Shown in pieces: positions 8,259 to 16,300 of a DNA stretch of 36,480 nt (position 1 is the stretch's first letter; every line of letters starts with the position of its first letter). The notes beneath the pieces were generated by a model. That model was not told where the DNA came from and made no database searches. It saw only the letters and a list, made by a program, of their open reading frames with translations. The DNA is from a bacterium (GTDB lineage Bacteria; Desulfobacterota; GWC2-55-46; DRQE01), in assembly GCA_027017505.1 (NCBI GenBank), contig JALUQR010000049.1, positions 1 through 36,480 on the forward strand. Direction: 5' to 3'. Position numbers and translations under genes: made by a program.

Positions 8259-8370
8259 CTTTTAAAACTTTGCTTAACCATATTCACCAATAGATTATTT
8301 TTTAAATAATTGTGGTGCTGGCAGGGTCTGTATCAGCCACCAGCCTTTTTTAAGGAAGGTTGGGTTCGGG

Positions 8371-8973
8371 ATGATAAAGGAAGCCCTTTCTCTTATAAGG
8401 GATGAGCTCAACGCATTTCTTGCAAGGAAGGAGCCCAGGTACAGGGGCAGGCAGACAGCCCTGCTTTCAGACATTGTTGACCAGCAGGGTGAGCTGGTAA
8501 TAACCCGCAACGATGACACCAAGCGGGACAACATAATAATAACCCTTGTCAATGTGGAGGAAGAGACCACGGGCAAGGCACAGCTTCCCTATCTTAAGAA
8601 TCCGGACAATTCTCTGGACATAATAAATCCCGAGATAAAGATAAACCTTTATGTGCTCTTCAGTGCCTTCTCAAACATGGACGAGAAGGAAAGGTATGCC
8701 AACTGTCTGGGGCTTTTATCAAGGGTGGTGGGTTTCTTTCAGCAGAAACCTGTCTTCACCCACAGCAATTCTCCAGGGCTTGACCCGGGCATAGACAGGC
8801 TCATAGCAGAGCTCATCTCCCTTAACCTTGAACAGGAGAACCACCTGTGGGGAGCCCTGGGGGCAAAGCTTCTTCCCCATGTGCTCTACAGGATACGCAT
8901 GCTCACCATAAGAGAGGTGGAGGACGCCCCAACAGCTCCGTTCATAAAGGAGATAAGGGTGGAAAAACTGTAA
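8371..8973 (+). CDS. DUF4255 / Pvc16_N-domain protein (Afp16/Pvc16-like tail terminator or cap of eCIS)
   Basis: 200 aa. N-terminus MIKEALSLIRDELNAFL, then ...LVNVEEE and ...INLYVLFSA...Y...L.LLS.V..FFQ..PVF. This is the DUF4255 pattern that marks eCIS loci. It is the first gene of the co-directional cluster. Confidence 0.8.
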   Translation: MIKEALSLIRDELNAFLARKEPRYRGRQTALLSDIVDQQGELVITRNDDTKRDNIIITLVNVEEETTGKAQLPYLKNPDNSLDIINPEIKINLYVLFSAFSNMDEKERYANCLGLLSRVVGFFQQKPVFTHSNSPGLDPGIDRLIAELISLNLEQENHLWGALGAKLLPHVLYRIRMLTIREVEDAPTAPFIKEIRVEKL

Positions 8974-8983
8974 GAGAAAGGCT

Positions 8984-10027
8984 ATGGGCTATTATTTTGG
9001 CACAATCTTTACCATAGAGTTTCTCCACTCCTATTATAAAAACAGGCTGTGTTCCGGGCTGACACTCAAGCCCACCGAAGAATGCCAGAGGGTTCTTCAG
9101 CAACACAGGATGTTTTTCAAGGAAACCCCCAGAGGGGGACTTGTTGTGGGTGAGCTCAAAAAAGAAGGCGACAGCCTCAAGCCATCTGTGAAGATAAAAG
9201 AGGATACAAGCTTTGTCTTCAGAGTGCTTCTTGACAACCCCTTCTTCTGGAACATAACAGATGTGGACCTTCAGAAGGTCAGGCCCTCAACGGTCTTCCT
9301 GTTTGAAAACACCGATACATCCTCAATTGATGCAAGTGGAACGATTACCATCCACAGGGGAAGGCTTTCAGAGCCCGTAAGGGTGTCTGATAAACTCGTC
9401 AGGTACAGCCTTGAGGGGCTGGATGTGGCAACCCTCTTTGTATACGACAGAAAGGAGCGTGTTGTCTTCGGCACCATAGTGAAGCCAGAGGAAGACGCAC
9501 TCACAGTAGATATGACAGGACATCCCGAAGGACTCTACAGGATAAAGGCCTACAGCAGTTCAGGTGCCATGCTGAAAGATGACAAGGTGTTTGTAACAAG
9601 CTCTGCAACAGAGCCCACACCCTTTGGCTTCGTGGTGGTAAGGTTCACCCCGAGTATACTGAGCGATGACAGGGCTGAATACACATTCAGGGTGGAGTTC
9701 TCCTCAAGGGAGATAAACTGGACATACAGGATAAACCTTAAAAACTCGGGAGGCCTTCATCCCATAGATGTATCCAAACTCAAGATAGTAAGGGCACCCG
9801 TGAGGTTTTCAAAAAGGGTGTCAGGCACAGGGGCAGAAAGGCTCGTGGAATTTACATCCGAAAGCCCCATAGAGCTTAAGGAAGAACCCTACAGGGATAT
9901 AAAACTCGTCGAACAGGAGGGAGACAGAGAAGAGGTTATCATAAAAAACCTGCCCAACCCTGACATACACAGGCTGGAGAAGGACGAAAGGGGGCTTAAG
10001 TCCATAATATATCTAACAATCAAATAA
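8984..10027 (+). CDS. hypothetical protein, eCIS-embedded (function unknown)
   Basis: 347-aa ORF, 10 nt after the DUF4255 gene and 13 nt before the sheath gene. Codon usage matches its neighbours and no competing ORF is present. I recognise no family motif. The sequence is beta-rich (e.g. LYRIKAYSSSGAMLKDDKVFVTS). Confidence 0.7.
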   Translation: MGYYFGTIFTIEFLHSYYKNRLCSGLTLKPTEECQRVLQQHRMFFKETPRGGLVVGELKKEGDSLKPSVKIKEDTSFVFRVLLDNPFFWNITDVDLQKVRPSTVFLFENTDTSSIDASGTITIHRGRLSEPVRVSDKLVRYSLEGLDVATLFVYDRKERVVFGTIVKPEEDALTVDMTGHPEGLYRIKAYSSSGAMLKDDKVFVTSSATEPTPFGFVVVRFTPSILSDDRAEYTFRVEFSSREINWTYRINLKNSGGLHPIDVSKLKIVRAPVRFSKRVSGTGAERLVEFTSESPIELKEEPYRDIKLVEQEGDREEVIIKNLPNPDIHRLEKDERGLKSIIYLTIK

Positions 10028-10040
10028 CAAGGAGGATGTT

Positions 10041-12068
10041 ATGATACCCAAAACCCCTGGCGTTTATATTGAGGAAAAGTCCATATTCCCACCCTCGATA
10101 GCACAGGTGGAAACAGCCATACCTGCCTTCATAGGCTACACGGAAAAGGCAGAAGAGAAGATGCCAAATGACCTCAAACTCAAACCCAAAAAACTCTCCT
10201 CCATGCTTGAGTTCGAAAGATACTTCGGAGGCCCCCCACCGCTCAGTATAGATAGAATCGAGCTTGACAGCAACAACACCTTCCAGAGTGCAACCATAAC
10301 CCCGAAGTTCTACCTCTACCACAGCATGCAGTTGTTCTTTGCAAACGGTGGTGGAGACTGCTACATAGTGTCCGTTGGCCCCTACAGCAGTAGTGGTGTT
10401 TCAAAAACAGAGTTAAGCAAAGGGCTTGAGAAGCTTGAAAAAGAAGACGAGCCAACGCTCATAGTCTTTCCCGATGCGGTGCTCCTGCCAGAGGAGGAGT
10501 TCTATGAACTCCAGAGGGAAGCACTCCAGCAGTGTGGCGAGCTTAAAGACAGATTCGCCATACTGGACCTCAAAGAGGATAACGGTATAAAGGACTTCAA
10601 TGCCTATGTGGACAGATTCAGAGACGGCATCGGCACCAGGTATCTTAAGTACGGAGCTGCGTATGCACCGTTTCTCAAGACCTCCATTAAAAAGGAGATA
10701 AGATACAGGGATATAAAGGGAAAACTCGTGCGCTCCGGGGTGAACATAGATGTAAAATCCCTCGATCCATCTGCCCCCTCAGAGGTAAAGACACTTATAG
10801 ACAGGCTTGACACCTACAGCCAGGATGCTATCATCATAGAGAACGCAAGAAAGAAACTTCTCGATACCACATTGGCAGGCCCACCCTTCGGTGTGCCAGA
10901 GCACTCACGCCAGAACCCATACCAGACACTGGAGTATCTTAAAGAGCAACTTCTCACAACCAACGATTCCGCACACTACAGAACCATAATAAAGTTCCTC
11001 TACGAAATAGTGGTGCTAACTGATATGATCATCTACGGCAACGGAACATACCACGGGGTGGACCTGTCTGACCTGTCCACAGAGTTCAAGAATTCCGCAA
11101 AGAGTTCTCTCTTTTCAGGCCTTGATACCGTGGTAAAAAAGCTCATGGAGTTTGAAAAGGGTGCAAAGGAAGGTACAAACAAGATAACAGACTACGGAGG
11201 CTATCAGTCAAATACCTACAAAACAAAGGTGAGCAACACCGCTGATTATTCCCATGAGTGGAATATGACGAGGGTTTCGGCAAACAGCACTCCCTTTACA
11301 GGTACCACCAACAACGAAAAAAGGCTTAACAGCCTTTCGTACCTTACAGAGCTGTTTGAGGAGATACTCACCCTCTTTAACTCCCTTGTGGATGTGAACG
11401 ACACACTTATGAGGCAGAAGGAGGACTCACTTGTAGAGCAGTTTCCAGTCTACAAGAACCTGGTGGATGCGGTGGCAGGTGAACTCTTTGTGCTTCCGCC
11501 AAGTGGTGCAATAGCAGGCGTGTATGCACAGGTTGACAGGGACAGGGGTGTGTGGAAGGCACCTGCAAATGTGAGCCTCAATGGCGTGTCAGGGCTTACC
11601 TATTACTTCAAACAGAGCGAGACTGACAAGCTCAATGTGGATGTTAACTTCGGAAAGTCCATAAATGCCATAAGGTTCATGACAGGTATGGGCTTTATGG
11701 TGTGGGGTGCAAGAACCCTTGCGGGAAATGACAACGAGTGGCGTTACATAAATGTAAGAAGATTCTTCAACATGGTTGAGGAATCCTGCAAGAAGTCCAC
11801 CATGTGGGCGGTGTTCGAGCCGAATGATGCGAGCACATGGATAAAGGTCAAGACCATGATAGAGAACTTCCTTCTCATCCAGTGGCGTAACGGTGCACTT
11901 CAGGGTGCAAAGCCTGAAGAGGCCTTCTTCGTTAAGGTTGGCCTTGGTGAGACCATGACCACACAGGACATTCTCGAGGGCAGGATGAATGTGGAGATAG
12001 GCATGGCAGTTGTAAGACCCGCAGAGTTCATAATACTCAAGTTCTCACATAAACTGGTGGGAGCATAA
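10041..12068 (+). CDS. contractile tail sheath protein (Afp2-4 / Pvc2-4 equivalent)
   Basis: 675 aa. N-terminus TPGVYIEE.....PSIAQVETAIPAFIGYT, central ...DEPTLIVFPDA, and C-terminal GVWKAPANVSLNGV......N.....GKSINAIR...G.G..VWGARTL are all hallmark phage and eCIS sheath motifs. Confidence 0.93.
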   Translation: MIPKTPGVYIEEKSIFPPSIAQVETAIPAFIGYTEKAEEKMPNDLKLKPKKLSSMLEFERYFGGPPPLSIDRIELDSNNTFQSATITPKFYLYHSMQLFFANGGGDCYIVSVGPYSSSGVSKTELSKGLEKLEKEDEPTLIVFPDAVLLPEEEFYELQREALQQCGELKDRFAILDLKEDNGIKDFNAYVDRFRDGIGTRYLKYGAAYAPFLKTSIKKEIRYRDIKGKLVRSGVNIDVKSLDPSAPSEVKTLIDRLDTYSQDAIIIENARKKLLDTTLAGPPFGVPEHSRQNPYQTLEYLKEQLLTTNDSAHYRTIIKFLYEIVVLTDMIIYGNGTYHGVDLSDLSTEFKNSAKSSLFSGLDTVVKKLMEFEKGAKEGTNKITDYGGYQSNTYKTKVSNTADYSHEWNMTRVSANSTPFTGTTNNEKRLNSLSYLTELFEEILTLFNSLVDVNDTLMRQKEDSLVEQFPVYKNLVDAVAGELFVLPPSGAIAGVYAQVDRDRGVWKAPANVSLNGVSGLTYYFKQSETDKLNVDVNFGKSINAIRFMTGMGFMVWGARTLAGNDNEWRYINVRRFFNMVEESCKKSTMWAVFEPNDASTWIKVKTMIENFLLIQWRNGALQGAKPEEAFFVKVGLGETMTTQDILEGRMNVEIGMAVVRPAEFIILKFSHKLVGA

Positions 12069-12105
12069 AATTACTGAACAATAAAACCAAAAGGAGTGTT
12101 GAAAG

Positions 12106-12537
12106 ATGGCAGAATATCCATTACCGGTTTTTCACTTCAAGGTGGACTGGGGAGGAACAAAGATAGAGTTCTCAGAGGTAAGCGGGCTCAACATAGAGGC
12201 CCAAGTAATAGAGTACCGCGATGGCGCAAGCCCTGAATACACCATGCGCAAGATGCCAGGAATTGTAAAGTACGGCAACATAACCCTTAAAAGGGGCATA
12301 TTCAAAAACGATAACGACTACTACAAGTGGTTCAACACCATAAAGATGAACACCATAGAAAGGCGGGATATAACCATAAGCCTTCTCGATGAGGAGCACA
12401 ACCCCGTGATGGTGTGGAAGGTTAAAAAGGCCTTTCCCGTAAAGATAGAAGGGCCAGGGCTTAAGGCATCGGGCAACGAGGTGGCCATAGAAAGCATGGA
12501 GATTGCCCACGAAGGGCTGACCATAGAGACCACATGA
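12106..12537 (+). CDS. tail tube protein (T4 gp19-like; Afp1/Pvc1 equivalent)
   Basis: 143 aa. PVFHFKVDWGG..I.FSEVSGL..E.QVIEYRDG.......KMPG..KYGNITLKRG is the conserved eCIS/T6SS-like tube signature. Strong AAAAGGAG SD. Confidence 0.9.
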   Translation: MAEYPLPVFHFKVDWGGTKIEFSEVSGLNIEAQVIEYRDGASPEYTMRKMPGIVKYGNITLKRGIFKNDNDYYKWFNTIKMNTIERRDITISLLDEEHNPVMVWKVKKAFPVKIEGPGLKASGNEVAIESMEIAHEGLTIETT

Positions 12538-13010
12538 GCATAAAACCGGTTATCATGGACGAAGAGCTCTACCCACCTGTGGGGTTTCACTTCAAGGTGG
12601 AGTTCAAACTGCCAGGGCTTGAGGCCGAAGAGCGTGAGGCAAGGTTTCAGGAGGTCTCAGGGCTTTCAAAAAGTCTGGGTGTGGAAGAGTACAAAGAGGG
12701 CGGAGAAAACCGCTTCAGCCACAGACTGCCACTGCCTGCAAAGTATTCAAACCTTGTGCTCAAAAGAGGAGTGCTCAGGAACTCAAAGCTCATAAAGTGG
12801 TGCTTCGATGCCATAGATAACTTCGTGTTCAGACCCGTGGAGGTTACAGTGTCACTGCTCAATGAGAAGAGCAAACCCATTGTGGTGTGGAACTTCGTGG
12901 GAGCCTATCCGGTAAAGTGGTCTGTAACAGACCTTAGGGCACAGGAAAACTCCCTCGTTATAGAAAGCCTTGAGCTTGCTTACAAGTACTTTACAAAAAA
13001 GGATGTATAG
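12534..13010 (+). CDS. second tail tube paralog (Afp5/Pvc5 equivalent)
   Basis: 158 aa. PPVGFHFKVEF.........ARFQEVSGL...L.VEEY.EGGENRF.HRLP.P.KYSNLVLKRG has the same fold signature as the preceding gene. The ATGA start/stop overlap at 12534-12537 indicates translational coupling. Confidence 0.9.
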   Translation: MSIKPVIMDEELYPPVGFHFKVEFKLPGLEAEEREARFQEVSGLSKSLGVEEYKEGGENRFSHRLPLPAKYSNLVLKRGVLRNSKLIKWCFDAIDNFVFRPVEVTVSLLNEKSKPIVVWNFVGAYPVKWSVTDLRAQENSLVIESLELAYKYFTKKDV

Positions 13011-13163
13011 ATGCCCATAGAGATAAAAGAAATAGTCATAAGGGCAGAGGTAAAAGAGCTTGAAGAAAAGCCCCCCACAGAGACAGAGGGCAGAATAGAG
13101 GATATAGTGGAAGAATGCGTTGAACAGGTAATGCGCATAATAAGAGAGATGAAGGAGAGGTAG
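13011..13163 (+). CDS. small conserved eCIS protein (DUF5908-like; Afp6/Pvc6 position)
   Basis: Not in the supplied track (50 aa, below its length cutoff). The ATG at 13011 abuts the TAG of the tube gene, and the TAG at 13161-13163 abuts the ATG of the LysM gene. Translation: MPIEIKEIVIRAEVKELEEKPPTETEGRIEDIVEECVEQVMRIIREMKER. The MPIEIKE.VI.. start and the position between tube and LysM genes match the small DUF5908 family as I recall it. Confidence 0.6.
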   Translation: MPIEIKEIVIRAEVKELEEKPPTETEGRIEDIVEECVEQVMRIIREMKER

Positions 13164-13862
13164 ATGGCAGAGGTGGAGAACAAGGGAGAACTTAAAAAAC
13201 TCCTCATAGAGTGCTACAGCGATGAAAAATACACCAAAATGGTGGCAAGCTTTTCTGCTCTCTTTAACCCGAGCAAGTATTCAATAAAGTACGAAATAGA
13301 ATACGGCAAACGAAAACCCCATGGCACAGCCCACAGTGCACCGTCCTTCTCCAACATAAAGCCCCAGCAGTTGAGCCTCGAGTTCCTCATAGATGGAACA
13401 GGTGTAACAACAGGAAAAAAAGAGGATGTGGGAAAGAAGATAAGGGAGTTTCTGCAGAAGGTATACGAGTACGATGGCAACATACACCGCAACAGATACT
13501 TAAGAATAATATGGGGCGAGCTTATTTTCGACTGCATACTCAAGTCTGCCAACATCACATACACACTCTTTGAGCCCTCTGGAAAGCCCCTGAGGGCAAA
13601 GATAAACGCAGAGTTCGAGGGGTTTGTAAATGATGAGCTGAGGGCAAAAAGGGAAAACAAACAATCTCCCGATGTAACCCATGTGCTTACCGTAAAGGGT
13701 GGTCAGAGGCTCGATACCCTTACCCACAGCGTATACAGAACACCTGACTACTACATAGATGTCGCAAGGGTGAACAGGCTTGTCTCATTCAGAAAACTGA
13801 AAGAGGGAGATAGACTTCTCTTTCCACCACTTGCAGACGAGGTGAACAATGACAACCAGTAA
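13164..13862 (+). CDS. LysM-domain tube-initiator / baseplate protein (Afp7/Pvc7 equivalent)
   Basis: 232 aa. The N-terminal tube-like part (F.ALFNPS.YS..Y...Y..............P..LSLEF..DGTG) is followed by a C-terminal LysM-like segment (HVLTVKGGQRLDTLTHSVYRTPDYYIDVARVNRL.SFR.LK.GDRLLFPPL). Confidence 0.8.
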   Translation: MAEVENKGELKKLLIECYSDEKYTKMVASFSALFNPSKYSIKYEIEYGKRKPHGTAHSAPSFSNIKPQQLSLEFLIDGTGVTTGKKEDVGKKIREFLQKVYEYDGNIHRNRYLRIIWGELIFDCILKSANITYTLFEPSGKPLRAKINAEFEGFVNDELRAKRENKQSPDVTHVLTVKGGQRLDTLTHSVYRTPDYYIDVARVNRLVSFRKLKEGDRLLFPPLADEVNNDNQ

Positions 13863-15585
13863 CAGGTCAACAGACCTTCCCACCTTTGCGGTATTCTCCG
13901 AGGATAAGGAGCTTCCAGGCTCATTTAACATAGTGTCCATTGTGGTAAGCAAGGCAACAGGCCGTATACCAAAGGCAAGGATTGTCTTCAAAAGTGGAGA
14001 CCCCTCCGCACAGGACTTCCCCCTATCGAGCAAAAAAGAAGAGCTTCTGCCAGGCAAGAGGATTCGCATAGATGCAGGCTATCACAACGAGAACAGAACC
14101 ATCTTCGAGGGCATAATAGTCAGGCACAGCCTTGAGGTAAAGAGTGCCAGTAACTTCTATGTGGTGGTGGAGTGCAGGGACAGGGCATACCGAATGACCG
14201 TTGGCAGAAAGCACAGATACTTTACCGATACAAAGGACAGCGATGTTATAGAAGAGCTCACAAGCGCTTACAACCTTGAGGCCCAGGTGGAACCCACAGA
14301 TGTTACACACCGCGAGCTCGTACAGTTTAACACCACGGACTGGGACTTCATGCTCTCCAGAGCAGAGGCAAACGGCATGGTGGTTGTGGTGGACGACGGC
14401 AGACTGATTGTCAAAAGACCTGACACATCAAAGGCACCCCAGATGAAGCTTGCCTTTGGAGACCAGATTATAAGTCTTTCTGCGGTAATGGATGCCACAT
14501 ATCAGCAGGCCACACTCAGGTGTTCTGCGTGGAGTCCTTCAGAGCAGACACTGCTTGAGGCAGAGGCACAAACACCACAGCTTGAAGAGCCTGGCAATAT
14601 TGCCTCCACCACACTTTCAGGCACCGTTACAGAAGAAAACATGGAGTACAGACACACAGGAAACATAACCGCAGAGGAACTCAGGGCCTGGGCAGATGCA
14701 AGAAGAACGAGGGCTGTGTTATCGAAGATTCGGGGGGTTGCAAGGTGCAGGGGAACTGCAGGGCTCAGGTGTGCAGACATTGTGGAGCTTTCAGGACTCG
14801 GCGAGAGGTTTAACGGAAAGGTGTTCGTAAACGGCATAAGACACGAGATAGCGGACGGCAGGTGGGAGATGGATGTGGAGTTCGGGCTCTCACCAGAGCC
14901 ATTTATAAACGAGTATGAGGTGAACTCACGCTCCATGCAGGAGCTCCTGCCACATGTGGAGGGCCTGCAGATAGGGGTTGTAACACAGATACAGGATGAC
15001 CCTGACGGTGAGTACAGGGTGCTCGTAAAGATGCCCGTTGTGGACAACCAGGCAGAGGGAACATGGGCAAGGGTGGCAACACTGGATGCAGGCAAAAACA
15101 GGGGTGCCTTTTTCATGCCAGAGATAGGCGATGAGGTGGTACTGGGCTTTCTGAACAATGACCCCAGGGATGCAGTGATACTCGGTATGCTGAACAGCAG
15201 TAACAGGCCAGCCCCGCTTGAGCCAAAGGATGAAAACCCTGAAAAGGGCTTCGTTACACGAGAAGGAATGAAGCTCATATTCAACGATGAGCTTAAGAAC
15301 ATAAAGATAGAGACCCCTGCGGGCAACACACTGCTTCTCAGCGAGGACAAAGGCGCCATACTCATAGAAGACCAGAACGGCAACAGACTACAGATGGACT
15401 CCTCAGGGGTGACCATAGAGAGCAGTGGCAACATGGAGCTTAAGGCAAGGGGCAACATAAAGGTGGAGGCACAGAATATCCAGGGCTCTGCATCTGTGGG
15501 TATGAAACTTGAGGGCGGTACATCTGCAGAGCTGTCATCATCAGGGGCAACAAGGCTTAAGGGCTCTATTGTGAACATAAACTGA
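13849..15585 (+). CDS. VgrG-like spike / baseplate hub (phage gpD + gp5 OB-fold; Afp8/Pvc8 equivalent)
   Basis: 578 aa. Late-control-D-like N-terminal half, then a gp5/VgrG OB-fold (GLQIGVVTQIQDDPDGEYRVLVKMP......GTWARVAT..AG..RG.FF.PEIGDEVVLGFLNNDPRDAVILGMLNS), then a C-terminal beta-helix repeat region. Overlaps the upstream gene by 14 nt. Confidence 0.9.
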   Translation: MTTSNRSTDLPTFAVFSEDKELPGSFNIVSIVVSKATGRIPKARIVFKSGDPSAQDFPLSSKKEELLPGKRIRIDAGYHNENRTIFEGIIVRHSLEVKSASNFYVVVECRDRAYRMTVGRKHRYFTDTKDSDVIEELTSAYNLEAQVEPTDVTHRELVQFNTTDWDFMLSRAEANGMVVVVDDGRLIVKRPDTSKAPQMKLAFGDQIISLSAVMDATYQQATLRCSAWSPSEQTLLEAEAQTPQLEEPGNIASTTLSGTVTEENMEYRHTGNITAEELRAWADARRTRAVLSKIRGVARCRGTAGLRCADIVELSGLGERFNGKVFVNGIRHEIADGRWEMDVEFGLSPEPFINEYEVNSRSMQELLPHVEGLQIGVVTQIQDDPDGEYRVLVKMPVVDNQAEGTWARVATLDAGKNRGAFFMPEIGDEVVLGFLNNDPRDAVILGMLNSSNRPAPLEPKDENPEKGFVTREGMKLIFNDELKNIKIETPAGNTLLLSEDKGAILIEDQNGNRLQMDSSGVTIESSGNMELKARGNIKVEAQNIQGSASVGMKLEGGTSAELSSSGATRLKGSIVNIN

Positions 15586-15613
15586 ACACCACAGAGTAAG
15601 GGAGGTGAAAAGA

Positions 15614-15895
15614 ATGCCACCTGCTGCAAGGGTAATGGACACCACAACACACGGAGGCGTTATTACAGGCCCGGGTGTGTCAACAGTGCTTATAGGGGGT
15701 ATGCCCGCAGCAGTCGTGGGAGATACCCATGTGTGTGCACTGCCACCAAACACCCACCAGCCAACAACAAGCCCCTTCCCAAAGGGCAGTACCACAGTCT
15801 TTATAGGTGGAAGACCAGCACTCAGGACAACCGATATGTGCCTCTGCGGGGCGTCTTCCATCGTGGGTGAGGTTACAGTAATGATAGGAGGATAA
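15614..15895 (+). CDS. PAAR-domain spike-tip protein (Afp10/Pvc10 equivalent)
   Basis: MPPAARVMDTTTHGGVITGPGVSTVLIGGMPAAVVGDTHVC......H......PKGSTTVFIGGRPALR..D.C.CG is a minimal PAAR protein. ATG 15614 sits 7 nt after a GGGAGG SD; the track begins at GTG 15605. Confidence 0.9.
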   Translation: MPPAARVMDTTTHGGVITGPGVSTVLIGGMPAAVVGDTHVCALPPNTHQPTTSPFPKGSTTVFIGGRPALRTTDMCLCGASSIVGEVTVMIGG

Positions 15896-15898
15896 AAG

Positions 15899-16300
15899 GT
15901 GAAACAGAAAGACAGCCTTCTTGGAACAGGATGGGACTTTCCTCCAGAATTCGATAAAAACACCCTGGATGTAAAGATGACCAGCGCAGAGGAGGATATA
16001 AAAAAGAGTCTCTATATACTGCTTTCCACAACAGTGGGTGAAAGACTGATGCAACCAGAGTACGGATGCAACCTTAAAAGATTCCTCTTCGAACCACTCA
16101 ACACAACCACCGTAGCCTATATAAGAAAACTCGTTGAGGATGCAATACTCTACTTCGAGCCAAGAATAGAGCCCGAGGAGGTCTCCGTGGAGGTTGAGGA
16201 CGGTATCCTCAACATAATAATAGATTTTCGTATAAGGACAACCAACTCAAGGGGCAACATGGTCTACCCCTTCTACCTTAAAGAGGGCACGGAGAGATGA
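15899..16300 (+). CDS. GPW/gp25-family baseplate wedge protein (Afp9/Pvc9 equivalent)
   Basis: 133 aa with a GTG start after an AGGAGGA SD. LLGTGWDFP...........SAEEDIKKSLYILLST..GER.M.PEYGC.L..FLFEP.N is the gp25-like lysozyme-fold signature. Confidence 0.9.
   Translation: MKQKDSLLGTGWDFPPEFDKNTLDVKMTSAEEDIKKSLYILLSTTVGERLMQPEYGCNLKRFLFEPLNTTTVAYIRKLVEDAILYFEPRIEPEEVSVEVEDGILNIIIDFRIRTTNSRGNMVYPFYLKEGTER

Noticed and set aside
8314-8352. Possible hairpin plus T-run (..GCTGGC..GCCACCAGCCTTTTTT) just before the first eCIS gene, a possible attenuator or terminator
   Set aside because: Only about 5 bp (GCTGG/CCAGC) can pair, with a loop of about 19 nt. That is far weaker than the genuine terminator at 4267-4310, and the T-run overlaps the SD region.
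14502-15650. 382-aa minus-strand ORF, the longest antisense ORF in the window
   Set aside because: It lies completely within the VgrG-like gene, and its upstream end overlaps the PAAR gene start. The translation is Ser/Leu/Pro-rich with no motifs. The plus-strand frame has unmistakable gp5/VgrG motifs. This is a shadow ORF of a GA-rich coding strand.
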